Below, piece by piece: positions 17,647-25,470 of a DNA stretch of 32,000 bases; the first letter of the stretch is position 1, and every line of letters starts with the position of its first letter. Origin of the DNA: Wolbachia endosymbiont of Cimex lectularius (GTDB taxonomy: Bacteria > Pseudomonadota > Alphaproteobacteria > Rickettsiales > Anaplasmataceae); the NCBI RefSeq assembly GCF_000829315.1, contig NZ_AP013028.1, positions 60,001 through 92,000 of the forward strand, given 5' to 3'. A program made the position numbers and the translations under genes. The notes beneath the pieces are model-generated. The model ran no database searches. It was not told where the DNA came from and saw only the letters and a list, made by a program, of their open reading frames with translations.

Positions 17647-18507
17647 GAACCTGTTTAAAATCTTCGTAACAGGAGAGAAATGAAGGAGAGGACTATCATC
17701 TGTAAGCTAGTGTTGAGCTTCCGCTCGCAATTTTTCCACAATCGCCTGCACTTTTCTAACCAGGCAAAAGAGCGTTCAACAACCCATCTTTTTGGCAATA
17801 CGACGAAAGTGTGTAACTCACTTCGCTTTATTACTTCAACAGTCGCACCAATGATAGCTTTTATTTGTGTTGCAAAATTTTCTCCTGTGTAGCCAGCATC
17901 AACCAGTATGTTTTTAACTTCAGAGAGGTTTACTTTAGCATTTTCGACCATTTTCACAGCACTGCTACGGTCAGTTGCTTCTGCCGTTGTTACATAAATT
18001 GCATGTGGCAAACCTTGTGTATCAACTGCAATATGGCGCTTTATCCCTGAAATCTTTTTACCTGCATCATAGCCTTTTTTTTTCAGCAGTATCTGCGTTT
18101 TTAACGCTTTGAGAATCAATTATACAAAAGCTAGTTTTCTCTTTCCGACCATTGCTGATACGGACCTCTCCAACTAATTTTTTTTAAGACTAATTCCAAC
18201 AAGCTTGGCTCTTCTCCATTCTTTTTACTCCACACTCGAAAATAGTAATATACGCTTTCCCATCTTGGAAAACCCTTTGGTAACATCCTCCACTGACAAC
18301 CACTTTTTAAGACGTACAACACCCCACAAAATACGTCATACAAATCAAGTTTTCTTGGTTTTGTTTTCTGCTTGCTACTCTCCAAAATTGGCCTGATTTT
18401 TTCAAACTGCTCTTGACTTATATTACTTGGATAACTTTTCTGCATAGACACCTCATTATTAATCTATGCTTACTTTACCTCACATTTCCAAGATTTTAAA
18501 CAGGTTC
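17647..18507 (-). mobile_element. IS5-family insertion sequence (IS1031 / ISWpi1-like), 861 bp, with 3-bp TTA target duplication
   Basis: 18-bp perfect terminal inverted repeats: gaacctgtttaaaatctt at 17647-17664 and its reverse complement at 18490-18507. Flanking direct repeats are TTA at 17644-17646 and 18508-18510. It encodes an IS5-type DDE transposase. Confidence 0.9.
17655..18451 (-). pseudogene. IS5-family DDE transposase, reading frame split into three segments at two homopolymer A tracts
   Basis: orfA (18131-18451) is MSMQKSYPSNISQEQFEKIRPILE...LVLKK. A middle segment in another frame reads LVGEVRISNGRKEKTSFCIIDSQSVKNADTAEKK. orfB (17655-18119) is GYDAGKKISGIKRHIAVDTQGLP..VDAGYTG..VVERSFAWLEKCRRLWKNCERK (D, D, E and the Y-R-E-K signature). 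The frame changes coincide with A8 (18178-18185) and A9 (18075-18083). Confidence 0.75.
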
Positions 18508-20591
18508 TTACTTAATAAGCTTAGTTCATTAACGGCAGAACGTGAATCATTTTGAATATTTGCACAAAATATAAGTCTTCTAGACGCTTCAGGATAATTG
18601 TAGTCCATTAAAAGCATAGCTGAAACTACCAAAAAAGAAATCACTTGAGCAATAAGAGAGTTTGTGAGAGCAAGTGGCAATAAAGATAAAGATATAACGA
18701 TAACGTACCTTGCCATATAATTGAATTTTGCAAAAAATAGCAACTTGGAATGTGAGTTATGTAACTTGCCATAAGAGTTAGTAAACGTTTCTTTATTATA
18801 CACAGTTCTAATATTAAATAATGGATGATCAGTTTTTAGCTTTGGCTCACCGAAACCAAATAAAGTATTAATGTTATGATAATAGGCTTGGCAATTAATA
18901 ATTTCCTGATTGATTTCACATATCCATTTATAAACTTGCTCTAGATCTTCCAATGAGCTATTTTTTATGTTTTTTAGAGAATTACTGAACTCACTTAAGT
19001 TCTTTTTAAAATCAATAATTTTCTTTAACTTGTTACCATTATTGTTATCCTGAGAATATATTATATTTAATATTATTGATAAACATTTTTTTCCTTCTTT
19101 TGTTGATAACAATGAATAGATAGATTTATCCAGTGCTTCAATGTAATTTTCATTTTCAAGAAGACCTACTGCTGTTTCTAGAAGTTTAACTAACCGTTCT
19201 TTTTCACCTGCGTTCTGTAATCCATTTGTTAGCAATTCAAGTGGTTCTTTAAGGGTATATTTTTTCTGTAATTTCTCTACCTTCTCCAATAGCAGCTCAT
19301 CGTGTTTGCTAATGATGCTTGAACACTTTAAAAAACTTTCAAGGCTACAATGCCTGATCACATAAGCATATGCTAACACCTTTTCGTCATCCTTTTCATT
19401 CAAAGTACATGATTTGGCTAAAAAGATTACATAATCAAATGCAAAATTTACATAATAAGCAGCTTTGGTAATTGTAGTTAAAACAAAGAAGAGTACTCTT
19501 TGTAAGAAAAGCGGTTTACCATCGTTTATTATTCTATTTCTATATGAACGAAGATATTCTTCTGTACTTTTGGCAATCTTACGTAAGTCTTTTTCTGTCT
19601 TTTCTACGTCAAAATCATTCATATCATGCACTTTTTCATACGCTTCTTTTATCAAACCATATGAAAAATCTTGCAGATCTTTATCATTAATATTTCCTAA
19701 CGCATCCATATTTTCACTGATGTAGATTTCCATTTTTGCTCCAAGCTCAACTCCCATTCTATTCTTTACCAGCTTACTATATCTGTCAACAGCTGGAAAT
19801 AGAACCTTCTGGCAAAAATATCTTGGTGGGCTTTTTAACTTCGCTAAAACCTTATCCACAAATAGTTCAACTTTTTCACCTGCAACTGCAAAAAACCACG
19901 ACTGTCTACTAATATTGCGTTCCCTATTTCTCCAAAGATTCTGCAAAGCTTCAGCTGGATCGTTAAATTGACTAGCTGAATCCGTAAATATTGATGCAAC
20001 GTGATTATACTCGCTGTCAAAACCACGACCTTTCGATCCATCTACGACTGTTGTCAATGCACATTTAGCTAATGCATTAACGTTTCCTTGCGAATAATCA
20101 CAATATTCAACACTGTCTTTGCCTTTGAATTCATGTATTTTAAAGGGTTCGTCCTTTTCAATACCACTTCTTTTAAGCCCCACAAAAATACACATATTAT
20201 CTTCACAGAAACTGTTGAGACTGTGCAGTGCACCTTCTTTTCTTTCTATAAGGTCATGCATTTCTTTACTTAAATGCCAGTTATCCACTATTAGCTTGCA
20301 TTGTTCATTGTCACATTTACCCAATGCTTCAATCACTGTCTTTATTTGTGGCAGAAGTTTATCTTGAGCAAATTCCTCATCAAAGCCTTTTTTCTTTAGA
20401 AAATCTACAACTTTGCCATCATCTACAACACTAATCTTACCTTTAACGCTTCTAGTCAACCTGCTTAAATCTTCTCTTCTTTGTTTATCTAAAGCGATGT
20501 TATCACACTCCATTAAAAATGAGAGCGTAAGGTCAATCATTAAATGCATTACTCTATATTTTAAGTACTTGTGAGTATCACTAAAGTTCAC
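18480..20591 (-). CDS. Large uncharacterised membrane-associated protein (distal part of a split ~1188-codon gene; last 8 codons are IS-derived)
   Basis: 703-aa ORF with no motif I recognise. Hydrophobic segments include LFFVLTTITKAAYYVNFAFDYVIFLA and YVIVISLSLLPLALTNSLIAQVISFLVVSAMLL. The C-terminal NLFKILEM* is encoded by the IS terminal repeat. Confidence 0.6.
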   Translation of the reverse strand: MNFSDTHKYLKYRVMHLMIDLTLSFLMECDNIALDKQRREDLSRLTRSVKGKISVVDDGKVVDFLKKKGFDEEFAQDKLLPQIKTVIEALGKCDNEQCKLIVDNWHLSKEMHDLIERKEGALHSLNSFCEDNMCIFVGLKRSGIEKDEPFKIHEFKGKDSVEYCDYSQGNVNALAKCALTTVVDGSKGRGFDSEYNHVASIFTDSASQFNDPAEALQNLWRNRERNISRQSWFFAVAGEKVELFVDKVLAKLKSPPRYFCQKVLFPAVDRYSKLVKNRMGVELGAKMEIYISENMDALGNINDKDLQDFSYGLIKEAYEKVHDMNDFDVEKTEKDLRKIAKSTEEYLRSYRNRIINDGKPLFLQRVLFFVLTTITKAAYYVNFAFDYVIFLAKSCTLNEKDDEKVLAYAYVIRHCSLESFLKCSSIISKHDELLLEKVEKLQKKYTLKEPLELLTNGLQNAGEKERLVKLLETAVGLLENENYIEALDKSIYSLLSTKEGKKCLSIILNIIYSQDNNNGNKLKKIIDFKKNLSEFSNSLKNIKNSSLEDLEQVYKWICEINQEIINCQAYYHNINTLFGFGEPKLKTDHPLFNIRTVYNKETFTNSYGKLHNSHSKLLFFAKFNYMARYVIVISLSLLPLALTNSLIAQVISFLVVSAMLLMDYNYPEASRRLIFCANIQNDSRSAVNELSLLSKNLFKILEM

Positions 20592-20599
20592 TTTCTCAC

Positions 20600-21964
20600 T
20601 TAACTCGGATATTGTTCCTCTGTTAGATTGGAATATTGCTTTTTAACACAGTTTATAAAATTTGACTGACGCAATTTTAGTCTGTAATCCTTGTACAGCA
20701 TTTTATCAGGCTTACACAAATTATAAATACTATAGCGCGTGTATGTTTTCCCATTTTCATATACTTCATCATCTTTGCCTTGAAATATAGAAATAAGATT
20801 CATTATACTATCTAAATCATATGTCAAAATCAGAGCATTTTCTCCAATTGGACTTTGTATGTTCCACCTTACAGATGTTAATAAATCATCAGTATCAACA
20901 AGTTTGTTGTGGTAAAAGGTTTCTTCGCATTTTTCAATGTATTCATGGGCTGGGCTAGATTTACATTTACTAGATAAGACTTCAAATAAATTAGCGAAAG
21001 CCCTTAAGAACAGTTGCTTTAACTCTACACCAGCAATTTTGCTGAACACCCACATGACTGGCGCCGTTATCATAAAAAAGACAATAACGGAAATTATATA
21101 CTTGGAACTATTAATCAGAAAAAGGTACAGCCTAAGATTTGAAGTGAAACCAATCTGTGCAGCTATTGCAGTAACATGGATATTTATAATAGGAAACAAG
21201 GCAATTGAAGATATGACATAGAGAGCAACACCAGTTGCTAATATTCGACCAAATTTTTCTCCATTGGTTTTTTTTATGATACCAGTTGTTTTTATAGTAT
21301 CTACAATGCAGCATCTACTTGATCTTGCAGGGCTGATAATTTTCCCACATCTGCTTAAGATTCTTCTTTTTGTAGTTGCAGCGAGATAGGTTGTAGGATA
21401 CTTTCTATCAAGCTGACATATATTTTCAAAAGCCTGTTGTTGGCTAATACTATCTGCTTCATCAATACTGATCCACAGTTTAGGTTTTTCACCGCTTTGA
21501 TTTCCAAGTTTTTGACCATCTTTTTGTTGTAAGAGCAAATCATGTGTTATTATAATTGTTGTAGGTTCAGTGTTTTTCAGTAAGTCCTCAATCCCTTGAG
21601 TAGTTTCAGGTGTTTCAATTCTTAAAGAAAATGCGTCACCTATCATTTTTTTAGCTTGATTCACTAAATTATTATTTGGCACTGCAACTAGATGATGAAA
21701 CCCTGCTTGAGCCAATACGTAACTATGCAACCCAATATCGTAAGTCTTGCCAAATCCAGTTTCTGCGTCAATCATAATATTGTAGTTAGTGGTGGAAGGG
21801 CTTTTTAAGTGTTCTAATACTCCCTCAACAACAGGTTTACGACGTCCTACTGTCACAGACTCCTTTGCATTGCCAAATCTTTTAGATTCTCCTTTTAACT
21901 CGCTGTCGATTTTTTCTAGGTTTTTTATAATAACTTGCTTGTCTTGATTGCTGATAGAGCACAT
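20600..21964 (-). CDS. SF2 (DEAD-like) ATPase N-domain protein with transmembrane segments (proximal part of the split gene)
   Basis: Motif I AETGFGKT (21743-21766), Ia-like LVAVPNNNLVNQ, motif II DEAD (21452-21463) and motif III-like LAATT. These are followed by hydrophobic helices ILATGVALYVISSIALFPII..VTAIAAQIGF and YIISVIVFFMITAPVMWVF (about 21038-21250). I saw no RecA2 domain (motifs IV-VI). Confidence 0.6.
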   Translation of the reverse strand: MCSISNQDKQVIIKNLEKIDSELKGESKRFGNAKESVTVGRRKPVVEGVLEHLKSPSTTNYNIMIDAETGFGKTYDIGLHSYVLAQAGFHHLVAVPNNNLVNQAKKMIGDAFSLRIETPETTQGIEDLLKNTEPTTIIITHDLLLQQKDGQKLGNQSGEKPKLWISIDEADSISQQQAFENICQLDRKYPTTYLAATTKRRILSRCGKIISPARSSRCCIVDTIKTTGIIKKTNGEKFGRILATGVALYVISSIALFPIINIHVTAIAAQIGFTSNLRLYLFLINSSKYIISVIVFFMITAPVMWVFSKIAGVELKQLFLRAFANLFEVLSSKCKSSPAHEYIEKCEETFYHNKLVDTDDLLTSVRWNIQSPIGENALILTYDLDSIMNLISIFQGKDDEVYENGKTYTRYSIYNLCKPDKMLYKDYRLKLRQSNFINCVKKQYSNLTEEQYPS

Positions 21965-22018
21965 TAAATAACCTCAACGTAATTCACACTATTGGTATAT
22001 ACAAGCTGATAAAATTGT

Positions 22019-22044
22019 CAATAACATTAGACATAATGTTATTG
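22019..22044. promoter_or_regulatory. 26-bp perfect palindrome (11-bp arms, 4-nt centre) in the divergent intergenic region
   Basis: CAATAACATTA-GACA-TAATGTTATTG, located 55 nt upstream of the 21964 start codon and ~150 nt upstream of virB9. Confidence 0.4.
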
Positions 22045-22196
22045 CTATTGAATGATGGAGAGACATACTCCATTATTTTGGCACGAAGTAACAAATTCAA
22101 TAAATTGTATGGCCCCTGTGTAATGGGAATTGGTATTAATAGTTGCAGTTTATGTCTCTCAGTGATAAAATGATGATCTGTGTATAATTTAATATT

Positions 22197-22982
22197 ATGA
22201 TTAGCTTACTGTTTGTTGTGCTGTTGTTTTTTTGTGGTGGTGATGCACTTGCAAAACAGGAACCACGTCCAATAGCTGCAGACAGTCACATAAAGGTCAT
22301 CAATTATAATCCACAGGCTATACATAAGTACACAGGTTTTTATGGTTACCAGTCGAGCATATTATTTGAGCCAGGTGAAGAAATAAAGAACCTTTCAATG
22401 GGTGATCCAACTGGTTGGCAGCTCGTTCCTCAAGGTAACAGGTTATTTATCAAACCTATAGATGATATCGCTGACACTAACGCAACTGTAATTACTAACA
22501 AAAGAGTTTATTACTTTGAGCTTCATGCTGAGGAAGCAACTGGATTGGATGATCCAAGATTAGCGTATGAAGTGAGGTTTCTTTATCCACTATTCAATAG
22601 TGATGAAATTTACACAACCAACAACGGTGATATCCTCGAGCAAGCTAATCCCAACACTATTCCTGACATAAGTGATATTGAGGTTGTGAAGAAAGGCTTA
22701 AATTTTAATTATTCCATCTCACATGTAAAAGGTAGTGAGTCAATAATACCAATTAAAGTTTTTGATGACGGGAAATTCACATATCTGCAATTCCATAAGA
22801 CAAATTCTGATTTTCCAGCAGTCTTTATGGTTGATTCTGCAGGATATGAATCTCTAGTAAATTTCCGTACAGTTGATGATTATCTTATAATTGAAAGAGT
22901 GGGCTCGGTGTTTACCTTAAGGAACGGATCAAGTACGGTCTGCTTGTTCAATGAAAACATGCCTTTTAAAAAGGGTAAGTAG
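22197..22982 (+). CDS. virB9: Type IV secretion system protein VirB9 (TrbG/VirB9/CagX family), isolated paralog
   Basis: Signal peptide MISLLFVVLLFFCGGDALA. N-domain IKVINYNPQAIHKYTGFYGYQSSILFEPGEEIKNLSMGDPTGWQLVPQGNRLFIKPID..TNATVITNKRVYYFELH matches the VirB9 consensus as I remember it. Confidence 0.85.
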   Translation: MISLLFVVLLFFCGGDALAKQEPRPIAADSHIKVINYNPQAIHKYTGFYGYQSSILFEPGEEIKNLSMGDPTGWQLVPQGNRLFIKPIDDIADTNATVITNKRVYYFELHAEEATGLDDPRLAYEVRFLYPLFNSDEIYTTNNGDILEQANPNTIPDISDIEVVKKGLNFNYSISHVKGSESIIPIKVFDDGKFTYLQFHKTNSDFPAVFMVDSAGYESLVNFRTVDDYLIIERVGSVFTLRNGSSTVCLFNENMPFKKGK

Positions 22983-23095
22983 CTGTTAAAGGCTATAGTG
23001 CCTCAGATACAGCACTTTCAGCATACACTAATTCAAACGGTTGTCATACCAGCATTTCCATTAGTCTTCAGTGTTGTATACGTTCTTTTCTTTTT

Positions 23096-23461
23096 CTAAC
23101 CTCTCCTGCTCTTCAATACAATATATGCAAGCGGATTAGCTTTAAGTCTTTCGACTCCTATTTCTTCCCCTGTTCCTTCGCAATAACCATAGGTGCCTAA
23201 TTTTATTTTTTCTAACGCCTCCTTAATTTTTTCCTTTTTGTCTTTTCTGTGCTGGATTAATTTTTCGCTTCTACTGTCTTCATCAGAATAATATGCACTA
23301 TCCTCTAGTTCTTGCTTCTCCAGCTCAGTAAGCATCGATTGCAACTTTGAGCTGAAATACTCTAACTGCTTTACGCTCATATATTCTTCGTCTTCTGAAG
23401 GAGTGTAATCTTCTGGTAATTTTATTTTTGGTAACTCTTCCATAACTGTATAACTAGACAA
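23096..23461 (-). CDS. dksA: DksA/TraR-family protein with degenerate zinc finger
   Basis: An acidic coiled-coil N-part is followed by LGTYGYCEGTGEEIGVERLKANPLA (compare DksA ..FGYCE.CG.EIG..RLEARP.A). Only one Cys is present and the C-terminal CxxC is missing. Confidence 0.65.
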   Translation of the reverse strand: MSSYTVMEELPKIKLPEDYTPSEDEEYMSVKQLEYFSSKLQSMLTELEKQELEDSAYYSDEDSRSEKLIQHRKDKKEKIKEALEKIKLGTYGYCEGTGEEIGVERLKANPLAYIVLKSRRG

Positions 23462-23545
23462 TAAAACCTGTATAATTTGCGAACAAGAAATTATACTACC
23501 TATAAGTAAACACTATAATTTATAATAAACATTTAAAGTCCTGGT

Positions 23546-24193
23546 ATGATCAGCTTAATAAAAAAATTAGCAATATATGATAAGAACTTTACCTATATAA
23601 TATGTGTTTTTACTGTAATGTTAAGCCTATCTTTATTCACACTTGAAAATAACAGTGAACAAGAAGTTATGTTAACATTAACATGGATATGTGCTACATT
23701 TGTTTTACAAATCTCTACAAATAATTTATTTGCTTCTGATTATCACGACGGAATATTAGAGCAAATTTTCATACAGCCGCTTTCTTCTAAGCTTATAATT
23801 ACTTGTAAAATTTTTGCTCACTGGTTATTGTTTGGGTTACCGATTTCAGTGATTTCTTCCATATTCAGCTTTGTAGTTCTTGGTAATAATACTGAACACT
23901 CAATAGTAGTAGGCTTATCTTTATTGCTCAGCACGTTGATAGTAATCAATATTTCAGCTGTTGGAAATGCATTAATGATTGGTCGAAACAACTTAGTATC
24001 GGGAATGTCACAAATTCTTGTTTTGCCAATTATAATGCCGATTTTTATATACTTTAAATTATTAGTTCAACTTGAAAGTTTATCCTTGAATATTCACACG
24101 TTGCTTATTACTGCTTTAATTTTTGCTATTCTGATAATCAATAGCATTATAGCTGCTCATATGGCATTAAAATTTGCTGTAGAACAGGATTAG
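23546..24193 (+). CDS. ccmB: Heme exporter protein CcmB (cytochrome c maturation ABC permease)
   Basis: 215 aa with six hydrophobic helices and the CcmB-like motif SDYHDGILEQIFIQPLS. Confidence 0.75.
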   Translation: MISLIKKLAIYDKNFTYIICVFTVMLSLSLFTLENNSEQEVMLTLTWICATFVLQISTNNLFASDYHDGILEQIFIQPLSSKLIITCKIFAHWLLFGLPISVISSIFSFVVLGNNTEHSIVVGLSLLLSTLIVINISAVGNALMIGRNNLVSGMSQILVLPIIMPIFIYFKLLVQLESLSLNIHTLLITALIFAILIINSIIAAHMALKFAVEQD

Positions 24194-24205
24194 AAGGCTT
24201 TACCA

Positions 24206-24718
24206 TTATTTGAGATCTTTACCACCGACAAAGTCTAAACCTACTAAATACATTTCCGTAGATTCAGATCTACTTGATTTTGGTTTGAAGTATTTTACTG
24301 TTTTAAATATTTTTTTTAATTCATTGTAAAAATCTTTATCGGACTCTCCTTGAAAAATTTTTACCACGAACTTGCCGCCATGATTTAGGAAGTGCTTTGC
24401 AAAGTTCAATGCTGCTTCGCATAAAAGCATGATTCTGATATGATCCAACGATTTTAACCCACAAGATTCTGGGGCCATGTCAGATAAAATTACATCGAAT
24501 TTTTGGTCTTTAAATCTTTCCCTTAAAATTTCAAGCTCATTTATATCGCATTGTATATATTCTACTCCAGCAATTGTATTTACTGGTTTTATGTCAATGG
24601 CAACCACATTTGCTCCTTTCTGAGATGCAACTTGTGACCATCCACCTGGAGAAGCACCAAGATCAATGGCTTTTTGCTCTTTTTGGAACAATTTAAACTT
24701 ATTATCTATTTCTATCAA
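24206..24718 (-). CDS. rlmE: 23S rRNA (uridine-2'-O)-methyltransferase RlmE/FtsJ; coding homology continues upstream to at least 24844
   Basis: SAM motif AIDLGASPGGWSQVA, DMAP motif LSDMAPE, and K..FQGE. The track start is a TTG. The same open frame upstream encodes TIKTRVKTAKGRKLSSTRWLHRHLNDKYVQKTNKDGYRSRSAYKL, the conserved RlmE N-terminus, with no ATG, GTG or TTG. Confidence 0.85.
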   Translation of the reverse strand: MIEIDNKFKLFQKEQKAIDLGASPGGWSQVASQKGANVVAIDIKPVNTIAGVEYIQCDINELEILRERFKDQKFDVILSDMAPESCGLKSLDHIRIMLLCEAALNFAKHFLNHGGKFVVKIFQGESDKDFYNELKKIFKTVKYFKPKSSRSESTEMYLVGLDFVGGKDLK

Positions 24719-24866
24719 CTTATATGCCGAACGTGATCTGTAACCATCCTTATTGGTTTTTTGTACGTACTTGTCATTTAAATGACGGTGCAGCCACCTG
24801 GTTGAAGATAGTTTTCTGCCTTTGGCTGTTTTTACTCTAGTTTTTATTGTTAATACCCTACAAGAA

Positions 24867-25451
24867 TCACTTATTATTGATTATGTCTTTTAGCTCTTTT
24901 TCAACCACTTCTTTCACCAGTGTATGAAGATACTTATTTAGCCATTCCGACAACTGAGGTTTTAAAAGAGATGTGACTAATTCTTCAACAGTAAGACTTG
25001 CTCTTTTTTGTTGCTTATGCTGTAGTTCACTTTGCATTCTTTCAAGTAGCTCTTTGATCTCTTCCATATTCTCTTTTAAGATTAGATGGTCATTGTTTTG
25101 CGTTTGTGGGCTACTGTTATCCACTTTTTTATTGCTCATTTGGGTATTATGCTGCAAGCGAACCTCTTCTTCCCCTAGATTGTGACTATGAATATTAAAT
25201 TTGATATTATCGAAAACCATTTCCTTATCCTGACTGCTGTTGTTGATGTCTTTTTTTTCATTATCCTCTTCTTTACTATCTTCTTCTGAATCTTCCAAGT
25301 ATTCTTCTTCAAGATACAGCACATCATCATCTTCTTTCTCCTTCTCCCTCTCTATTTCCACTTTATCACCACTGGCGTTTTTGCCCGATATGGCTTTTTT
25401 TATGTCTTCTAGAATATCTTTTACAGATTGATTGCTTTGTCCATCATTCAT
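24867..25451 (-). CDS. Acidic DUF2497 / PopZ-like protein
   Basis: A low-complexity D/E/K-rich centre is followed by the C-terminal helix block TVEELVTSLLKPQLSEWLNKYLHTLVKEVVEKELKDI. This resembles the conserved C-terminus of alphaproteobacterial DUF2497/PopZ proteins. The gene sits next to tolC, as in other alphaproteobacteria (from memory). Confidence 0.55.
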   Translation of the reverse strand: MNDGQSNQSVKDILEDIKKAISGKNASGDKVEIEREKEKEDDDVLYLEEEYLEDSEEDSKEEDNEKKDINNSSQDKEMVFDNIKFNIHSHNLGEEEVRLQHNTQMSNKKVDNSSPQTQNNDHLILKENMEEIKELLERMQSELQHKQQKRASLTVEELVTSLLKPQLSEWLNKYLHTLVKEVVEKELKDIINNK

Positions 25452-25470
25452 AACGCTAATACCATTAAAT

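Noticed and set aside
19465-21543. Short alternative-frame ORFs (19465-19725, 19844-20041, 20088-20367, 20937-21221, 21132-21314, 21355-21543)
   Set aside because: They are embedded in or antisense to the long ORFs and have biased, low-complexity translations.
18480-21964. The two-gene pair as a cifA/cifB-like cytoplasmic-incompatibility operon
   Set aside because: The sizes and the two-ORF layout are superficially similar. However, the first ORF has SF2 ATPase motifs plus TM helices, I saw no PD-(D/E)XK or Ulp1-type motifs in the second, and the two frames look like one split gene.
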